From contig JBQTJH010000080.1 of the NCBI GenBank assembly GCA_052387335.1, forward strand, positions 1-59,172: 59,172 nt of DNA, given 5' to 3'. Below the pieces are notes generated by a model. The model was given only the letters and a program-made list of their open reading frames with translations, was not told where the DNA came from and did no database searches. This document shows, piece after piece, positions 1 through 9,823 of this stretch; position 1 is the stretch's first letter; each line of letters starts with the position of its first letter. The translations under genes and the position numbers were made by a program. The stretch comes from Panacagrimonas sp. (GTDB lineage Bacteria; Pseudomonadota; Gammaproteobacteria; Nevskiales; Nevskiaceae).

Positions 1-206
1 GGAGCGCGATGTACTCGATGTACATGAGCGACGACTGACGCAGCGACGCGCAAAAGCGGCCCCGCCCCTTCGGGTTGCGGCCAGAATTTCGCCATGCGGC
101 GTTGCTCCCTCCTCATTTGGACTAACCAAACCTCGGCGGTCGCGCCTTGCCTGGCGAAATTCTGGACTCGCAACGCAGCGACCATTCATATGTCAACAGA
201 CCCTAG
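1..206. mobile_element. Right part of a MITE-like structured intergenic repeat, truncated by the window edge
   Basis: Perfect 14-bp inverted repeat CCAGAATTTCGCCA (81-94)/TGGCGAAATTCTGG (152-165). Inner hairpins ATGTAC-TCGAT-GTACAT (9-25) and TTTGG-ACTAA-CCAAA (116-130). Ends in GTCAACAGACCC-TAG (192-206), which I recall as the terminus of proteobacterial repeats bounded by TAGGGTCTGTTGAC. Confidence 0.55.
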
Positions 207-299
207 TCGCTTTCAACCCGCCATCCATCGAAAACGCTGGACGTGCGGGAGCGCTCCGGCTACGGTCGCGGCCCCCTGAGGGTCCATACGCCTACGCCC

Positions 300-1646
300 A
301 TGGCCGATACCGGAGCCGAACAACGTGTCCGTCGCCTGCGCGCCGCACTGGAAAGCGGCCGTTGGGCGCCCGTGCGCCGGCAACTGGCCTCGCTCAATCC
401 GGCGGAGGTCGCCAACCTGCTGGCCGCACTACCCGAGCGCGAGCGCAATCTGGTCTGGGAGATGGTCGACCCGGCCGAAGACGGCGAGGTGCTGCTGCAC
501 CTGCCCGAGGATGTGCGTGACGACCTGATCCGGCAGATGGACGCCGCCGAGCTGGTTGCGGCGGCCGAAGAACTGGACATCGACGACCTTGCCGACTTCG
601 TCGATTCCCTGCCCGAAACCGTCACGCGGCAGGTCATGCAGGCGCTGTCCGATGCTGACCGCGCGCGCCTTGAAGCGGTGCTCGTTTACGAGCCCGACAC
701 GGCCGGCGGTCTGATGAACACCGATACGGTGACCGTGCGGCCGGACGTCTCACTGGAAGTGGTGATGCGCTACCTGCGCATGCGCGGCGAACTGCCGACG
801 CACACCGATGCGCTGTTCGTGGTGGATCGCTACGGCGCCTATCTGGGCTGCCTGCCGCTGGACCGCATCCTGACTCGCGATCCGGAGGACAGCGTCAACA
901 ACGTGATGGATCGCGAGCTCGAAGCACTGCCGGTGGCCCTGCCCGCGCGCGAAGTGGCGCAGCGGTTTCAGAGTTCGGATCTGGTGTCCGCGCCGGTGGT
1001 GGGCTCCAACCAGAAGCTACTCGGCCGCATTACGGTGGACGATGTCATGGACGTGATCCGCGCCGACGCTGAGCACAATTTGTTGTCGATGGCCGGCGTC
1101 GACGAAGACGAGGATTTGTTCGCACCCGTGCATCGGGCCGCTCGCCGTCGCGCGCTGTGGCTGGGCATCAACCTGGCCACCGCATTTTTGGCAGCGGGCA
1201 TGGTCGGCATGTTCGAGGCCAGCATCGAGCAGGTGGTGGCGCTGGCTGTGCTGATGCCCATCGTCGCCAGCATGGGCGGTATTGCGGCCAATCAGATCGT
1301 GGCGCTGATGGTGCGCGGTATCGCGCTCGGCCAGGTCGGCGCGGGCAACACAGCGGCGCTGCTGCGCAAGGAATTGCTGGTGTCGGTGATCAATGGCCTG
1401 TTGTGGGGCCTGACGGTTGCCGCGCTGACCCTGTGGTGGTTCGAATCGCCGGCGCTGGGCTTGGTCATTGGACTTGCGCTGATGCTCAATCTGCTGCTCG
1501 CCGCCACCGCAGGACTGCTGGTACCGCTGCTGCTGCGCCGGATCGGTCTGGACCCGGCGCTCGCGGCCAGCGTGATCGTCACCACCATCACCGACGTCAT
1601 GGGCTTCTTCCTGTTCCTGGGCCTGGGGACCTTGATCCTGATGTAG
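300..1646 (+). CDS. mgtE: Magnesium transporter MgtE
   Basis: MgtE N-domain, CBS pair (YEPDTAGGLMNTD, GRITVDD), TM domain with MPIVASMGG and DPALAAS..TTITDVMGF. ATG at 300 chosen. Confidence 0.95.
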   Translation: MADTGAEQRVRRLRAALESGRWAPVRRQLASLNPAEVANLLAALPERERNLVWEMVDPAEDGEVLLHLPEDVRDDLIRQMDAAELVAAAEELDIDDLADFVDSLPETVTRQVMQALSDADRARLEAVLVYEPDTAGGLMNTDTVTVRPDVSLEVVMRYLRMRGELPTHTDALFVVDRYGAYLGCLPLDRILTRDPEDSVNNVMDRELEALPVALPAREVAQRFQSSDLVSAPVVGSNQKLLGRITVDDVMDVIRADAEHNLLSMAGVDEDEDLFAPVHRAARRRALWLGINLATAFLAAGMVGMFEASIEQVVALAVLMPIVASMGGIAANQIVALMVRGIALGQVGAGNTAALLRKELLVSVINGLLWGLTVAALTLWWFESPALGLVIGLALMLNLLLAATAGLLVPLLLRRIGLDPALAASVIVTTITDVMGFFLFLGLGTLILM

Positions 1647-1732
1647 CCGCGGCGCACAAGCCGCGCGGTCGCCAGCACGCTCGCTCCTGCTTCTGTTCCG
1701 TCGCATCATTGCGGATCAGACGAGGACAGCGG

Positions 1733-2794
1733 ATGGACAAGCAGAAGCAATTTTCCGGCACCGACGCGGTGCGCGAGCAGCATCGCTTCGACGAGTCGCG
1801 CCTGCTGGCGTGGATGAACGCCAATGTCGAGGGCTTCAAGGGGCCGCTGACGGTCCAGCAGTTCAAGGGCGGGCAATCCAACCCGACGTACAAGCTGATC
1901 ACGCCGGCACGAAATTACGTCATGCGGCGCAAACCACCCGGACAGTTGCTGGCTTCGGCACACGCGGTGGATCGCGAATACCGTGTCATCACCGCGTTGC
2001 ACGGCGCCGGTTTTCCGGTGGCGAAGACCTACGGTCTATGCACCGACGAATCCGTGATTGGCACCTGGTTCTATGTCATGGACTGTATCGATGGCCGCGT
2101 GATCTGGGATACGAGCTTTCCCGACGTGCCACGCGAGCAGCGCCGCGCCTACTTTGATGCCATGAACGCCACCCTGGCGCACTTGCACACGCTGGACTAC
2201 GCCAAGCTTGGCCTTGCGGATTACGGCAAGACCGGCAATTACTTCGAACGCCAGATCGTCCGCTGGTCCAAGCAATACCTGGCCGACGAAGCCGCAGGTC
2301 GCGTGGCGGCGATGGATCGCATGGTCGAGTGGCTGCCGGAACATATCCCGCCCGGTGACGAATCGACCCTGGTGCATGGCGACTACCGCAGTGACAACAT
2401 GATTTTTCATCCCAGCGAACCGCGCGTGCTGGCGGTGCTGGACTGGGAGCTGTCCACACTCGGCCACCCGCTCGGCGACTTTGCCTATCACCTGATGATG
2501 TACCGCATGCCGCCGGGTGTGACCGCAGGACTGGTGGGCACCGACCTGAGCGCGATGGATATTCCGACCGAGGCCGAGTATGTCGCCGCGTACTGCGCCC
2601 GCACCGGACGCGCGCGCATCGATCAGCTGGACTTCTACATCGCGTTCAACCTGTTCCGGCTGGCGGCGATCATTCACGGCATTCGCGGTCGCGTGGTGCG
2701 TGGCACCGCGGCCAGCGCGCATGCCAAGCAGATGGCGGCGTTTGTGGAGCCGCTGGCGGATCTGGCCTGGAAGCAGGCGCAGGCTGCAGGCTAG
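1733..2794 (+). CDS. APH-family phosphotransferase (ACAD10/11 N-terminal-like)
   Basis: QFKGGQSNPTY, SAHAVDREYRV, LVHGDYRSDN, VLDWELSTLGHP. GAGG RBS before ATG 1733. Confidence 0.9.
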   Translation: MDKQKQFSGTDAVREQHRFDESRLLAWMNANVEGFKGPLTVQQFKGGQSNPTYKLITPARNYVMRRKPPGQLLASAHAVDREYRVITALHGAGFPVAKTYGLCTDESVIGTWFYVMDCIDGRVIWDTSFPDVPREQRRAYFDAMNATLAHLHTLDYAKLGLADYGKTGNYFERQIVRWSKQYLADEAAGRVAAMDRMVEWLPEHIPPGDESTLVHGDYRSDNMIFHPSEPRVLAVLDWELSTLGHPLGDFAYHLMMYRMPPGVTAGLVGTDLSAMDIPTEAEYVAAYCARTGRARIDQLDFYIAFNLFRLAAIIHGIRGRVVRGTAASAHAKQMAAFVEPLADLAWKQAQAAG

Positions 2795-2797
2795 AAA

Positions 2798-3298
2798 TTA
2801 ATTGCCGAGCGGCGCCACGGCGCCGCAATCTGCCGATAACCAGCGGCCGTTCAAGGTTCCGTTGGTGTACAGCGGAATGCCTTCCTGGGTGTTGCCTTGG
2901 AACGAAGTGGTGCCGGAATACCGCTGCGCGTCGAGCAGTTGAATCTGGACCTGGCCGCGGCCCTGCAACCAGCCATTGCAGGCCAGGTCACCGTTCAGCA
3001 CATCGCCGTTGCGGCGCAGGTTGGTGGCAACGCAGCCGCTGGACTCATCCTGGAGATCCAGAAACCGGTTCTGAGAAACCTGTTCCTGGGTCAAGCAGAT
3101 TTGATGACGCTGCGGTGCCGGCTTCGGCACTTCAAGCCCGCCGAATCCAAATTGTTCGAGCAGCTCGGGATCAAGTTCCGGCATCTGCGCCAGCAGCAAT
3201 TCCACCGACCACAGGCCAGCACGCGGCGCCACCGCGGCCGAAGTGTTCAGCGACAGCGACGCCAAGGCGGCGGCCGCGATAAAGACATAGCGATTCAT
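2798..3298 (-). CDS. Secreted DUF3617-like protein
   Basis: Signal peptide, GLWSV, four spaced Cys, C-terminal GRWLSADCG. Confidence 0.7.
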   Translation of the reverse strand: MNRYVFIAAAALASLSLNTSAAVAPRAGLWSVELLLAQMPELDPELLEQFGFGGLEVPKPAPQRHQICLTQEQVSQNRFLDLQDESSGCVATNLRRNGDVLNGDLACNGWLQGRGQVQIQLLDAQRYSGTTSFQGNTQEGIPLYTNGTLNGRWLSADCGAVAPLGN

Positions 3299-3336
3299 GA
3301 AAAGCTCGGGTGGCCAAGAACAAAAAAGGCCGCAGC

Positions 3337-4686
3337 TCAGTTGTCACCGGCGATGGTCATGCGACCCACCAGCACCGAACCGCAGCGGATGCCGGATCGT
3401 GCATCCACGTCCCCGCCTACAGCCTGAATATCGCGGTACATCTCCAGCAGATTGCCGGCGATGGTCACGCCCTCAACCGGTGCGCCAAGGCGGCCGTTCT
3501 CCACCCAGAAACCGGCGGCGCCGCGCGAGTAATCACCGGTCAGGCCGTTGACGCCCTGGCCCATCAACTCCGTCACCAGCAGGCCGGTGCCCATTTCGCG
3601 CATCAGCGCGGCCTGATCCAGCGGCCCGGGCTGCACGATCAGATTGAACACGCCGCCGGCATTGCCGGTGGTTTCCAGACCGAGCTTGCGTGCCGAATAG
3701 CTGCCCAACAGCCAGCCCTGCAACACGCCGTCGCGCACCAATTCGCGTTCCAGCGTGGTTACACCTTCGTGATCGAACGCGGCGCTGGATGCGGCCTGCA
3801 TCAGATGCGGCTGCTGGCGCAGTTGCACCCGCGGCGAGAACACCGGCTGGCCCAGCTTGTCGAGCAGGAAGCTGGCCTTGCGATACAGCGCGCCGCCGGA
3901 AATGGCGGAGATGAAATGTCCGAACAGCCCGCGCGCCACCTCGGGCACAAACAGCACCGGCGCCTGTCGCGTGCTGAGCGTACGCGCACCGAGTCGCGCC
4001 ACCGTGCGCTCGCCGGCACGACGACCGATGGATTCGGGCGAATCGAGTCGCGCTGGGTTACGACCGCCGTCCCACCAGTAATCGCGCTGCATGCTGGCGC
4101 CGTCGACCGCCACAACCGCACAGCTCAAGCTGTGCTGCGTGCCGCGACGGTGTCCGAAGAAGCCGTGCGAATTGGCGTACAGAGACACCCCGCGCGTGGT
4201 CGACAAGCCCGCGCCCTCGCTCTGTTGAATGCGCGCGTCTACCGCAAGTGCAGCAGCCTCGCAGGCGCGCGCGCGCTCGATGGCCGCTTCGGGGCTCAAC
4301 TCCCAGGGATGATCCAGCGCAAGGTCCGGCTGCTCCCTGGCCATCAGCGCCGCATCTGCGAGGCCCGAGCAATCGTCCTTCTCGGTCACGCGCGCAATCG
4401 TCGCGGCGGCCTCCACACATTCGCGCAGACCCTTGTCGCTCAGATCACCGGTGGACGCGTTGCCACGGTGCTGGCCGAAATACACCGTCACGCCCAGGCT
4501 GCGGTCGCGCTGGAATTCCAGGCTCTCGACCTCGCTGTTGCGCACGCTCACCGAAAAGCCGCGCGAATGGCTCAGGCTCAGTTCGGATTGAGTGGCGCCG
4601 ATGTCGCGGCTCATCTGCAACACGCGCTCGGCCAGGGCTCGCAGATCAGCTTCGACCGGCAAGGAGGCGGATTCTGGCTTGTTCAT
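3337..4686 (-). CDS. pmbA: Metalloprotease PmbA (TldE)
   Basis: ISGGALYRKASFL, FDHEGV, TGNAGG, MGQGVNGLTGDYSRGAAGFWVENG, TIAGNL. Confidence 0.95.
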   Translation of the reverse strand: MNKPESASLPVEADLRALAERVLQMSRDIGATQSELSLSHSRGFSVSVRNSEVESLEFQRDRSLGVTVYFGQHRGNASTGDLSDKGLRECVEAAATIARVTEKDDCSGLADAALMAREQPDLALDHPWELSPEAAIERARACEAAALAVDARIQQSEGAGLSTTRGVSLYANSHGFFGHRRGTQHSLSCAVVAVDGASMQRDYWWDGGRNPARLDSPESIGRRAGERTVARLGARTLSTRQAPVLFVPEVARGLFGHFISAISGGALYRKASFLLDKLGQPVFSPRVQLRQQPHLMQAASSAAFDHEGVTTLERELVRDGVLQGWLLGSYSARKLGLETTGNAGGVFNLIVQPGPLDQAALMREMGTGLLVTELMGQGVNGLTGDYSRGAAGFWVENGRLGAPVEGVTIAGNLLEMYRDIQAVGGDVDARSGIRCGSVLVGRMTIAGDN

Positions 4687-4722
4687 CCGTTTTGATCGGG
4701 AAGAATCATCGTGGGGCACTCC

Positions 4723-6072
4723 TCAAGTCTCGAGCAAATGGATCAGCAGTTTCTGATGAATGCCGCCGAAGTCGCCATTACTCATGATCAGTACCCGATC
4801 TCCGGCCCGCGCCTGTGCCGCGACGCTGCGGACCAGGGTGTCGATCTCATGCTCCACGCTCAGCTTGCCGCCGAGGCCGGCGAGCGCAGCGTGCACATCC
4901 CAATCCAGGTCGGGTCGCACGAATACAAAACTGTGATCGGCATCACAAAGAGCCTGCTCCAGCTCAGCGGCATGCGAGCCCAGTCGCATGGTGTTGGAGC
5001 GCGGCTCCAGCACCGCAACGATGCGTCCGCCGGGTTGCCGGCGCAGCGCATCGACGGTGACGGCAATCGCGGTCGGGTGATGGGCGAAGTCGTCGTACAC
5101 CGTCACGCCACGCGCTTCGCCGATTTTTTCCAAACGTCGGCGCACGCTCTGAAAGGTCTGCAGCGCCGCAATCGATATTTGTATTGGCACGCCGACATGC
5201 GCAGCGGCGGCAAATGCGGCGAGCGTGTTGGATCGATTGTGCAGGCCTGCCAGCGGCGTCTTCACCTGCCCTTGTGACTGGCCTTGCACGACCAGTTCAA
5301 ACTCCTGCTCGGCATCGCGCGCCGACCAGCCGGCGATGTCATCGAAGCGATCAAGTTGACTCCACGCGCCCATGTTCAGCACGCGCGCAAGATTGGCATC
5401 GGCACCGTTGACGATCAGGCGACCACTGCTCGGTACCGTGCGGATCAGATGATGAAACTGACGCTCAATGGCGGCGAGGTCCGGAAAGATATCGGCGTGG
5501 TCGTATTCCAGGTTGTTGAGCACGCAGGTGCGCGGTCGGTAATGCACGAACTTGCTGCGCTTGTCGAAGAATGCGGTGTCGTATTCGTCGGCCTCGATCA
5601 CGAAATACTTGCCCTGGCCCAAACGCGCCGACACGCCGAAATTCAGCGGCACGCCGCCGACCAGAAAGCCGGGCGCAAGACCGGCCTGATCCAGCAGCCA
5701 GGCGAGCAAGGACGTCGTGGTGGTCTTGCCGTGCGTGCCGGCCACTGCGAGCACATGCCGACCATGCAGCACGTTTTCCGCGAGCCATTGCGGACCCGAG
5801 ACATACGGCAGGCCCGCGTCCAGCACGTATTCCATCGCCGGAAATTTCGCGCCGCGCGTGACCACATTGCCCACCACCACTACATCGGGAGCAGGATCGA
5901 GATGCGCGGCGTCGTAGCCCTGCATCACCGTGATGCCAAGCTGTTCCAGCTGCGTCGACATCGGCGGCCAGGCGTTGGCGTCCGAGCCCGTGACCTGATG
6001 CCCGGCCTCGCGCGCCAGCGCCGCGATACCTGCCATGAAGGTGCCGCAAATCCCCAGAATGTGCAGGTGCAT
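4723..6072 (-). CDS. mpl: Murein peptide ligase Mpl
   Basis: MHLHILGICGTFM, VAGTHGKTTT, EADEYDTAFFDKRSKF, DDFAHHPTAI, EPRSNTM. Confidence 0.97.
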   Translation of the reverse strand: MHLHILGICGTFMAGIAALAREAGHQVTGSDANAWPPMSTQLEQLGITVMQGYDAAHLDPAPDVVVVGNVVTRGAKFPAMEYVLDAGLPYVSGPQWLAENVLHGRHVLAVAGTHGKTTTTSLLAWLLDQAGLAPGFLVGGVPLNFGVSARLGQGKYFVIEADEYDTAFFDKRSKFVHYRPRTCVLNNLEYDHADIFPDLAAIERQFHHLIRTVPSSGRLIVNGADANLARVLNMGAWSQLDRFDDIAGWSARDAEQEFELVVQGQSQGQVKTPLAGLHNRSNTLAAFAAAAHVGVPIQISIAALQTFQSVRRRLEKIGEARGVTVYDDFAHHPTAIAVTVDALRRQPGGRIVAVLEPRSNTMRLGSHAAELEQALCDADHSFVFVRPDLDWDVHAALAGLGGKLSVEHEIDTLVRSVAAQARAGDRVLIMSNGDFGGIHQKLLIHLLET

Positions 6073-6081
6073 AGACGCGGC

Positions 6082-6672
6082 TCAGCGGGCGCCGCCGCTG
6101 AACATCTCCAGCACGGCGGAAGCAAAGGTGGCGAAGAACAAGACAAACATCAGCACCGCCATCGCGACCAACATCGCCACCAGCAGGCCGCCGCCAAAAC
6201 CGAAATTGGCCGAGCGACGAAAGATGTGCGCGTTGACCACAAAATTCCAGATGTTGAGCGCGTTCATCAGCAGCGCCGCCCAGCTCGAAACCTTGAGCTC
6301 GGCGCCGGCCTCGATCGCTTCCGGATTGCGTGATAGCTCCTGCAACTGCGGCGCGATCTCCGAGAACGGCAGCCACAGCCCCAGGGTCAGCACGCTGTTG
6401 ACGGCCAGCAGTGAGTGGAAGGTCTGCAAGAAGCGCGGCTCCACGCCGCGGATGCGCAGCAAGCTGCGCGTGGCAAGCCCAGTCGCCACCACGACGGCCA
6501 TGGCCATGGCCATGGCCAGCAGCGGCGGCAGCGCCTGCACCAGCAGCGCGTAGTTGATCAGTGCGGCCAGCGGCACCAACACGCGCGTCAGTGCCGGCGC
6601 ATACGGAAAATCCTCGGGTCCGGCGCGGAACAACAGCAGGTTGAGTGTGGTGCTGGCAACAATGGAAAACAT
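6082..6672 (-). CDS. Hypothetical multi-pass membrane protein
   Basis: About five hydrophobic segments and an LLFRAGPEDFPY N-terminus; 9 nt upstream of mpl. Confidence 0.75.
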   Translation of the reverse strand: MFSIVASTTLNLLLFRAGPEDFPYAPALTRVLVPLAALINYALLVQALPPLLAMAMAMAVVVATGLATRSLLRIRGVEPRFLQTFHSLLAVNSVLTLGLWLPFSEIAPQLQELSRNPEAIEAGAELKVSSWAALLMNALNIWNFVVNAHIFRRSANFGFGGGLLVAMLVAMAVLMFVLFFATFASAVLEMFSGGAR

Positions 6673-6744
6673 GCGCGGGAAATCGCAATGAGCAGTGAAC
6701 GGCTATTGTAGAGCCTGCAACCCGCTGACTCCCGCTGCCGCCTC

Positions 6745-7839
6745 GTGCCTTCCTCCGTCATCGCTGATCCCGCTGTTCTTGCCGACCATCTTGCGCAATG
6801 GCGCGAGGCCCCGTTCCTTGCGCTGGACACCGAGTTCATCCGCGAGCAGACCTACTACCCGCAGCTGTGCCTGATTCAGGTGGGCGACGGTCGCAGCAGT
6901 CAGTGCATCGACCCCCTCGCCGGCCTGGATCTGGCCGACCTGCTCGAACTGCTGCACACGCCGAGCATGGTGAGCGTGTTTCACGCCGCCGGACAGGATC
7001 TGGAAATCTTCGTGCAGCTCACCGGCCGCTGCCCGCAGCCACTGTTTGACACGCAAGTGGCGGCCGCCATGCTCGGGTACGGCGAGCAGCTGGGCTATGC
7101 CGGCCTGGTGGACAAGATGCTCGGCATCAAGCTGGACAAAAGTCTGTCGCGAACCAACTGGGCGCGCCGTCCGCTCAACGACAAGGAAATCGCGTACGCC
7201 GCCGACGATGTGCGCCACCTGGCCACTCTCTACCCGCGTCTGCATCAGGAACTGGAGGCGCGCGGTCGCCTGGCCTGGCTGCAGGAAGACTGTGCGCAGA
7301 TGTGCGATCCGACGCGCTACCGCATGTCGCCTGAAACGGAGTGGAAGCGGCTCAAGGGATTGTCGCGCCTGGGGCCGCGGGCACAGCATCTGGCGGCACG
7401 GCTTGCGGCCTGGCGTGAAGTGATTGCAGAAAACAAAGACCGGCCACGGCGCTGGATTCTGTCCGACGAGGCGCTGTACGCCATCGCCGAACGTCAACCG
7501 ACGAACCTCGCTCAGCTCGGTGAGCTGCAGGTCTTGCCGCCCAAGAGTCTGGAACGCCAGGGCGACGCCTTGATGGATCTGCTCTCCGCGCCGATTCCCC
7601 AGGACGTCCCGGCGCTGGTCAGCGACGCGCGCCCCAGCGAGGCGGAAAAAGCCCGCATCAAGCGCGTGCTGGAACGTGCCCGCGCCCTGGCCGACGCGCT
7701 GCAGATTCCGGCGTCGCTGCTGGCACCGCGCGCGGATATTGAAGCCCTGGCCCTCCAGGGCGCTGCCGCTGATGTCGCCTTGCTGCGCGGTTGGCGCCGC
7801 GAGTGCGCGGGCGAGGAACTGCTTAAGCTGGTGAGCTGA
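6745..7839 (+). CDS. rnd: Ribonuclease D
   Basis: ALDTEFIREQTYYPQLCLIQ, FHAAGQDLE, FDTQVAA, YAADDV, HRDC domain. Confidence 0.95.
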   Translation: MPSSVIADPAVLADHLAQWREAPFLALDTEFIREQTYYPQLCLIQVGDGRSSQCIDPLAGLDLADLLELLHTPSMVSVFHAAGQDLEIFVQLTGRCPQPLFDTQVAAAMLGYGEQLGYAGLVDKMLGIKLDKSLSRTNWARRPLNDKEIAYAADDVRHLATLYPRLHQELEARGRLAWLQEDCAQMCDPTRYRMSPETEWKRLKGLSRLGPRAQHLAARLAAWREVIAENKDRPRRWILSDEALYAIAERQPTNLAQLGELQVLPPKSLERQGDALMDLLSAPIPQDVPALVSDARPSEAEKARIKRVLERARALADALQIPASLLAPRADIEALALQGAAADVALLRGWRRECAGEELLKLVS

Positions 7840-7861
7840 GCGCGCCAGCGCGTGAATGAGG

Positions 7862-9676
7862 CTAAAGCCGGACCTCCGCCTTCTGGATGCGCGCGAACAG
7901 CGACGGAGTGATCGGCTCGTAACCGCGATCCGAATCGATCAGCGCGTACAACGGCTCGCTGACCTTGGCCGGGTCAAAACCTTCCTGCTTGACCTCGACC
8001 TTGCGGAACTTGAACGTGCCGGTGAGCTCTTGCTCGGGCCGCAGGCGGATGAACAAGGGCACGGCGTACGCCGGCAGGCTGGCCTTGAGCATCTGCGCCA
8101 GCCCCGCGCCGTCGAACGCCCCATCCTTCCAGGTCAGCGAAGCCATGCCCGCGCGGCCATCGCATCCCGGCACCTCGACGCCGTAGACCACGGCCTGTTC
8201 CACCGACGGGTGCTGATTGAGTGCGCCCTCGACCTGGGTGGTCGCCACGTTTTCGCCCTTCCAGCGAAACGTGTCGCCGACGCGATCCACGAAGGCGATG
8301 TGGCGGTAGCCCTGATCGCGTACCAGATCGCCGCTGTTGAACCAGCAGTCTCCCGGCTCGAACACATCGCGAAATAATTTTTTCTGGCTGGCTTTCTCGT
8401 CGGTGTAGCCGTCGAAGGGCGTCTTGTCGCTGACCTCGGTGATCAGCAGACCGACGCCGCCCTTGGCAACTTTTTGCATGAAGCCGTCTTCGTCGCGCAG
8501 CGGCATTTCGGTTTCGGCGTCGAACTCGACGATGGCGAACGGCAGCGGGCAAAACCCGGCCGTCTTGGTCAGACCAAAACCGTTGACAAAGGCGACATTG
8601 GATTCGCTGGCGCCGTAGAACTCGGCGATCCGGTCAATCCCGAAACGCTGCTGGAACGAGTCCCAGATTTCTGGACGCAGGCCATTGCCGCAGATCACCC
8701 GCACCCGGTGCTCGCGATCCGTCTGCTGCGGCGGCTGGTTGAGCAGATACCGGCAGATTTCGCCGATGTAGCAGAACGCAGTGGCCTGATGCTGGCGAAT
8801 CTCGTCCCAGAAGCGGCTCGCGCTGAACTTGCGGCCCAGCGCCAGAGTGGCACCGGCGCTGAGCACGGCGCCCCAGGACACCGTCAGCGCGTTGTTGTGA
8901 TACAGCGGCAGCGCGCAATAAAAAATATCGTCCCCACGCATGCGCAGCGACATCTGCCCGAGCCCTGCCATACCCTTGAGCCAGCGGTAGTGACTCATCA
9001 CCGAGGCCTTGGGCAATCCGGTGGTCCCCGAAGTAAAGATGTAGAAGGCCGCCCGCTTGGCTGCGATGGCCTGAGTCTCTTCCAGATTGTGCGAGGGCGC
9101 GTTGAGCAGTTCGCTGCGCAGATTCAGATAGCCGAAGGGTGCGCCGCCCGCGCCGTCCCAGAGAAAGCTGATGCCTGCGCCCAGCGTGCTCTTGGGCGCG
9201 TAGCCGCTGGAGGTCAGTGCCTCCACGCATTCATCACCGGCAATCACCACGCGCGCCTTGGTCAGTTGCAGACTGTGCGCCAGCACTTCACCGCGCTGAT
9301 TGTGATTGAGCATGCCAGCGACCGCGCCGAGCTTGACCACGGCGGCGACGCAGGCCAACACCTCGGGGCGGTTTTCCATGAGGATCGCCACCGAATCACC
9401 GGCTACCACACCGCGAGCACGCAGCACGTGGGCAATGCGATTGGCCCAGCCGTTGAACTCGGCATAGCTCCAGCGCCGGTCCTCGAACAGCAGCGCGGTG
9501 CGGCGCGGATGGCGGCGCGTGAGCCGCTCCAGATGCAGGCCGATGGACGCCCGTGATTCCGGCTTGAGCGTGGCCAGATTGAACAAGCCGCGCTGCGCCG
9601 TGAGGGCGTCGGGCAGGCTCTTGATCAGGCCGCGTGCCAGATCACGGATGCGGATGGTGTCGCCTTGCTCGCCCAT
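7862..9676 (-). CDS. Long-chain acyl-CoA synthetase (FATP-like)
   Basis: YIFTSGTTGLPKA, YGASE, DRVGDTFRWKGENVAT, TGTFKFRK. Confidence 0.92.
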   Translation of the reverse strand: MGEQGDTIRIRDLARGLIKSLPDALTAQRGLFNLATLKPESRASIGLHLERLTRRHPRRTALLFEDRRWSYAEFNGWANRIAHVLRARGVVAGDSVAILMENRPEVLACVAAVVKLGAVAGMLNHNQRGEVLAHSLQLTKARVVIAGDECVEALTSSGYAPKSTLGAGISFLWDGAGGAPFGYLNLRSELLNAPSHNLEETQAIAAKRAAFYIFTSGTTGLPKASVMSHYRWLKGMAGLGQMSLRMRGDDIFYCALPLYHNNALTVSWGAVLSAGATLALGRKFSASRFWDEIRQHQATAFCYIGEICRYLLNQPPQQTDREHRVRVICGNGLRPEIWDSFQQRFGIDRIAEFYGASESNVAFVNGFGLTKTAGFCPLPFAIVEFDAETEMPLRDEDGFMQKVAKGGVGLLITEVSDKTPFDGYTDEKASQKKLFRDVFEPGDCWFNSGDLVRDQGYRHIAFVDRVGDTFRWKGENVATTQVEGALNQHPSVEQAVVYGVEVPGCDGRAGMASLTWKDGAFDGAGLAQMLKASLPAYAVPLFIRLRPEQELTGTFKFRKVEVKQEGFDPAKVSEPLYALIDSDRGYEPITPSLFARIQKAEVRL

Positions 9677-9823
9677 GTCGTCCTTGTCGATTTGCCGCCG
9701 CGATAAATGCGGAGCGTAGCCTTGGCCCTGGGGCGCGGCTAGGTATGCGCCCTGGCGCCAGAAGTCGCTGGCCCTTCGGCAGCAAAGTCGTCATGTCAGA
9801 CCGATAAACTCCGCGCCCGGAGA

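Noticed and set aside
207-299. Mg2+ (M-box) riboswitch before mgtE
   Set aside because: The upstream structure is explained by the repeat element, and the remaining 93 nt show no M-box features.
1157-1732. Long N-terminal extension of the phosphotransferase ORF
   Set aside because: Overlaps mgtE out of frame; RBS supports 1733.
3310-4695. Long antisense ORFs (also 5284-6333, 22485-23588, 38557-39786, 51244-52848, 56610-57731)
   Set aside because: Shadow frames of real genes, expected in high-GC DNA; no recognisable motifs.
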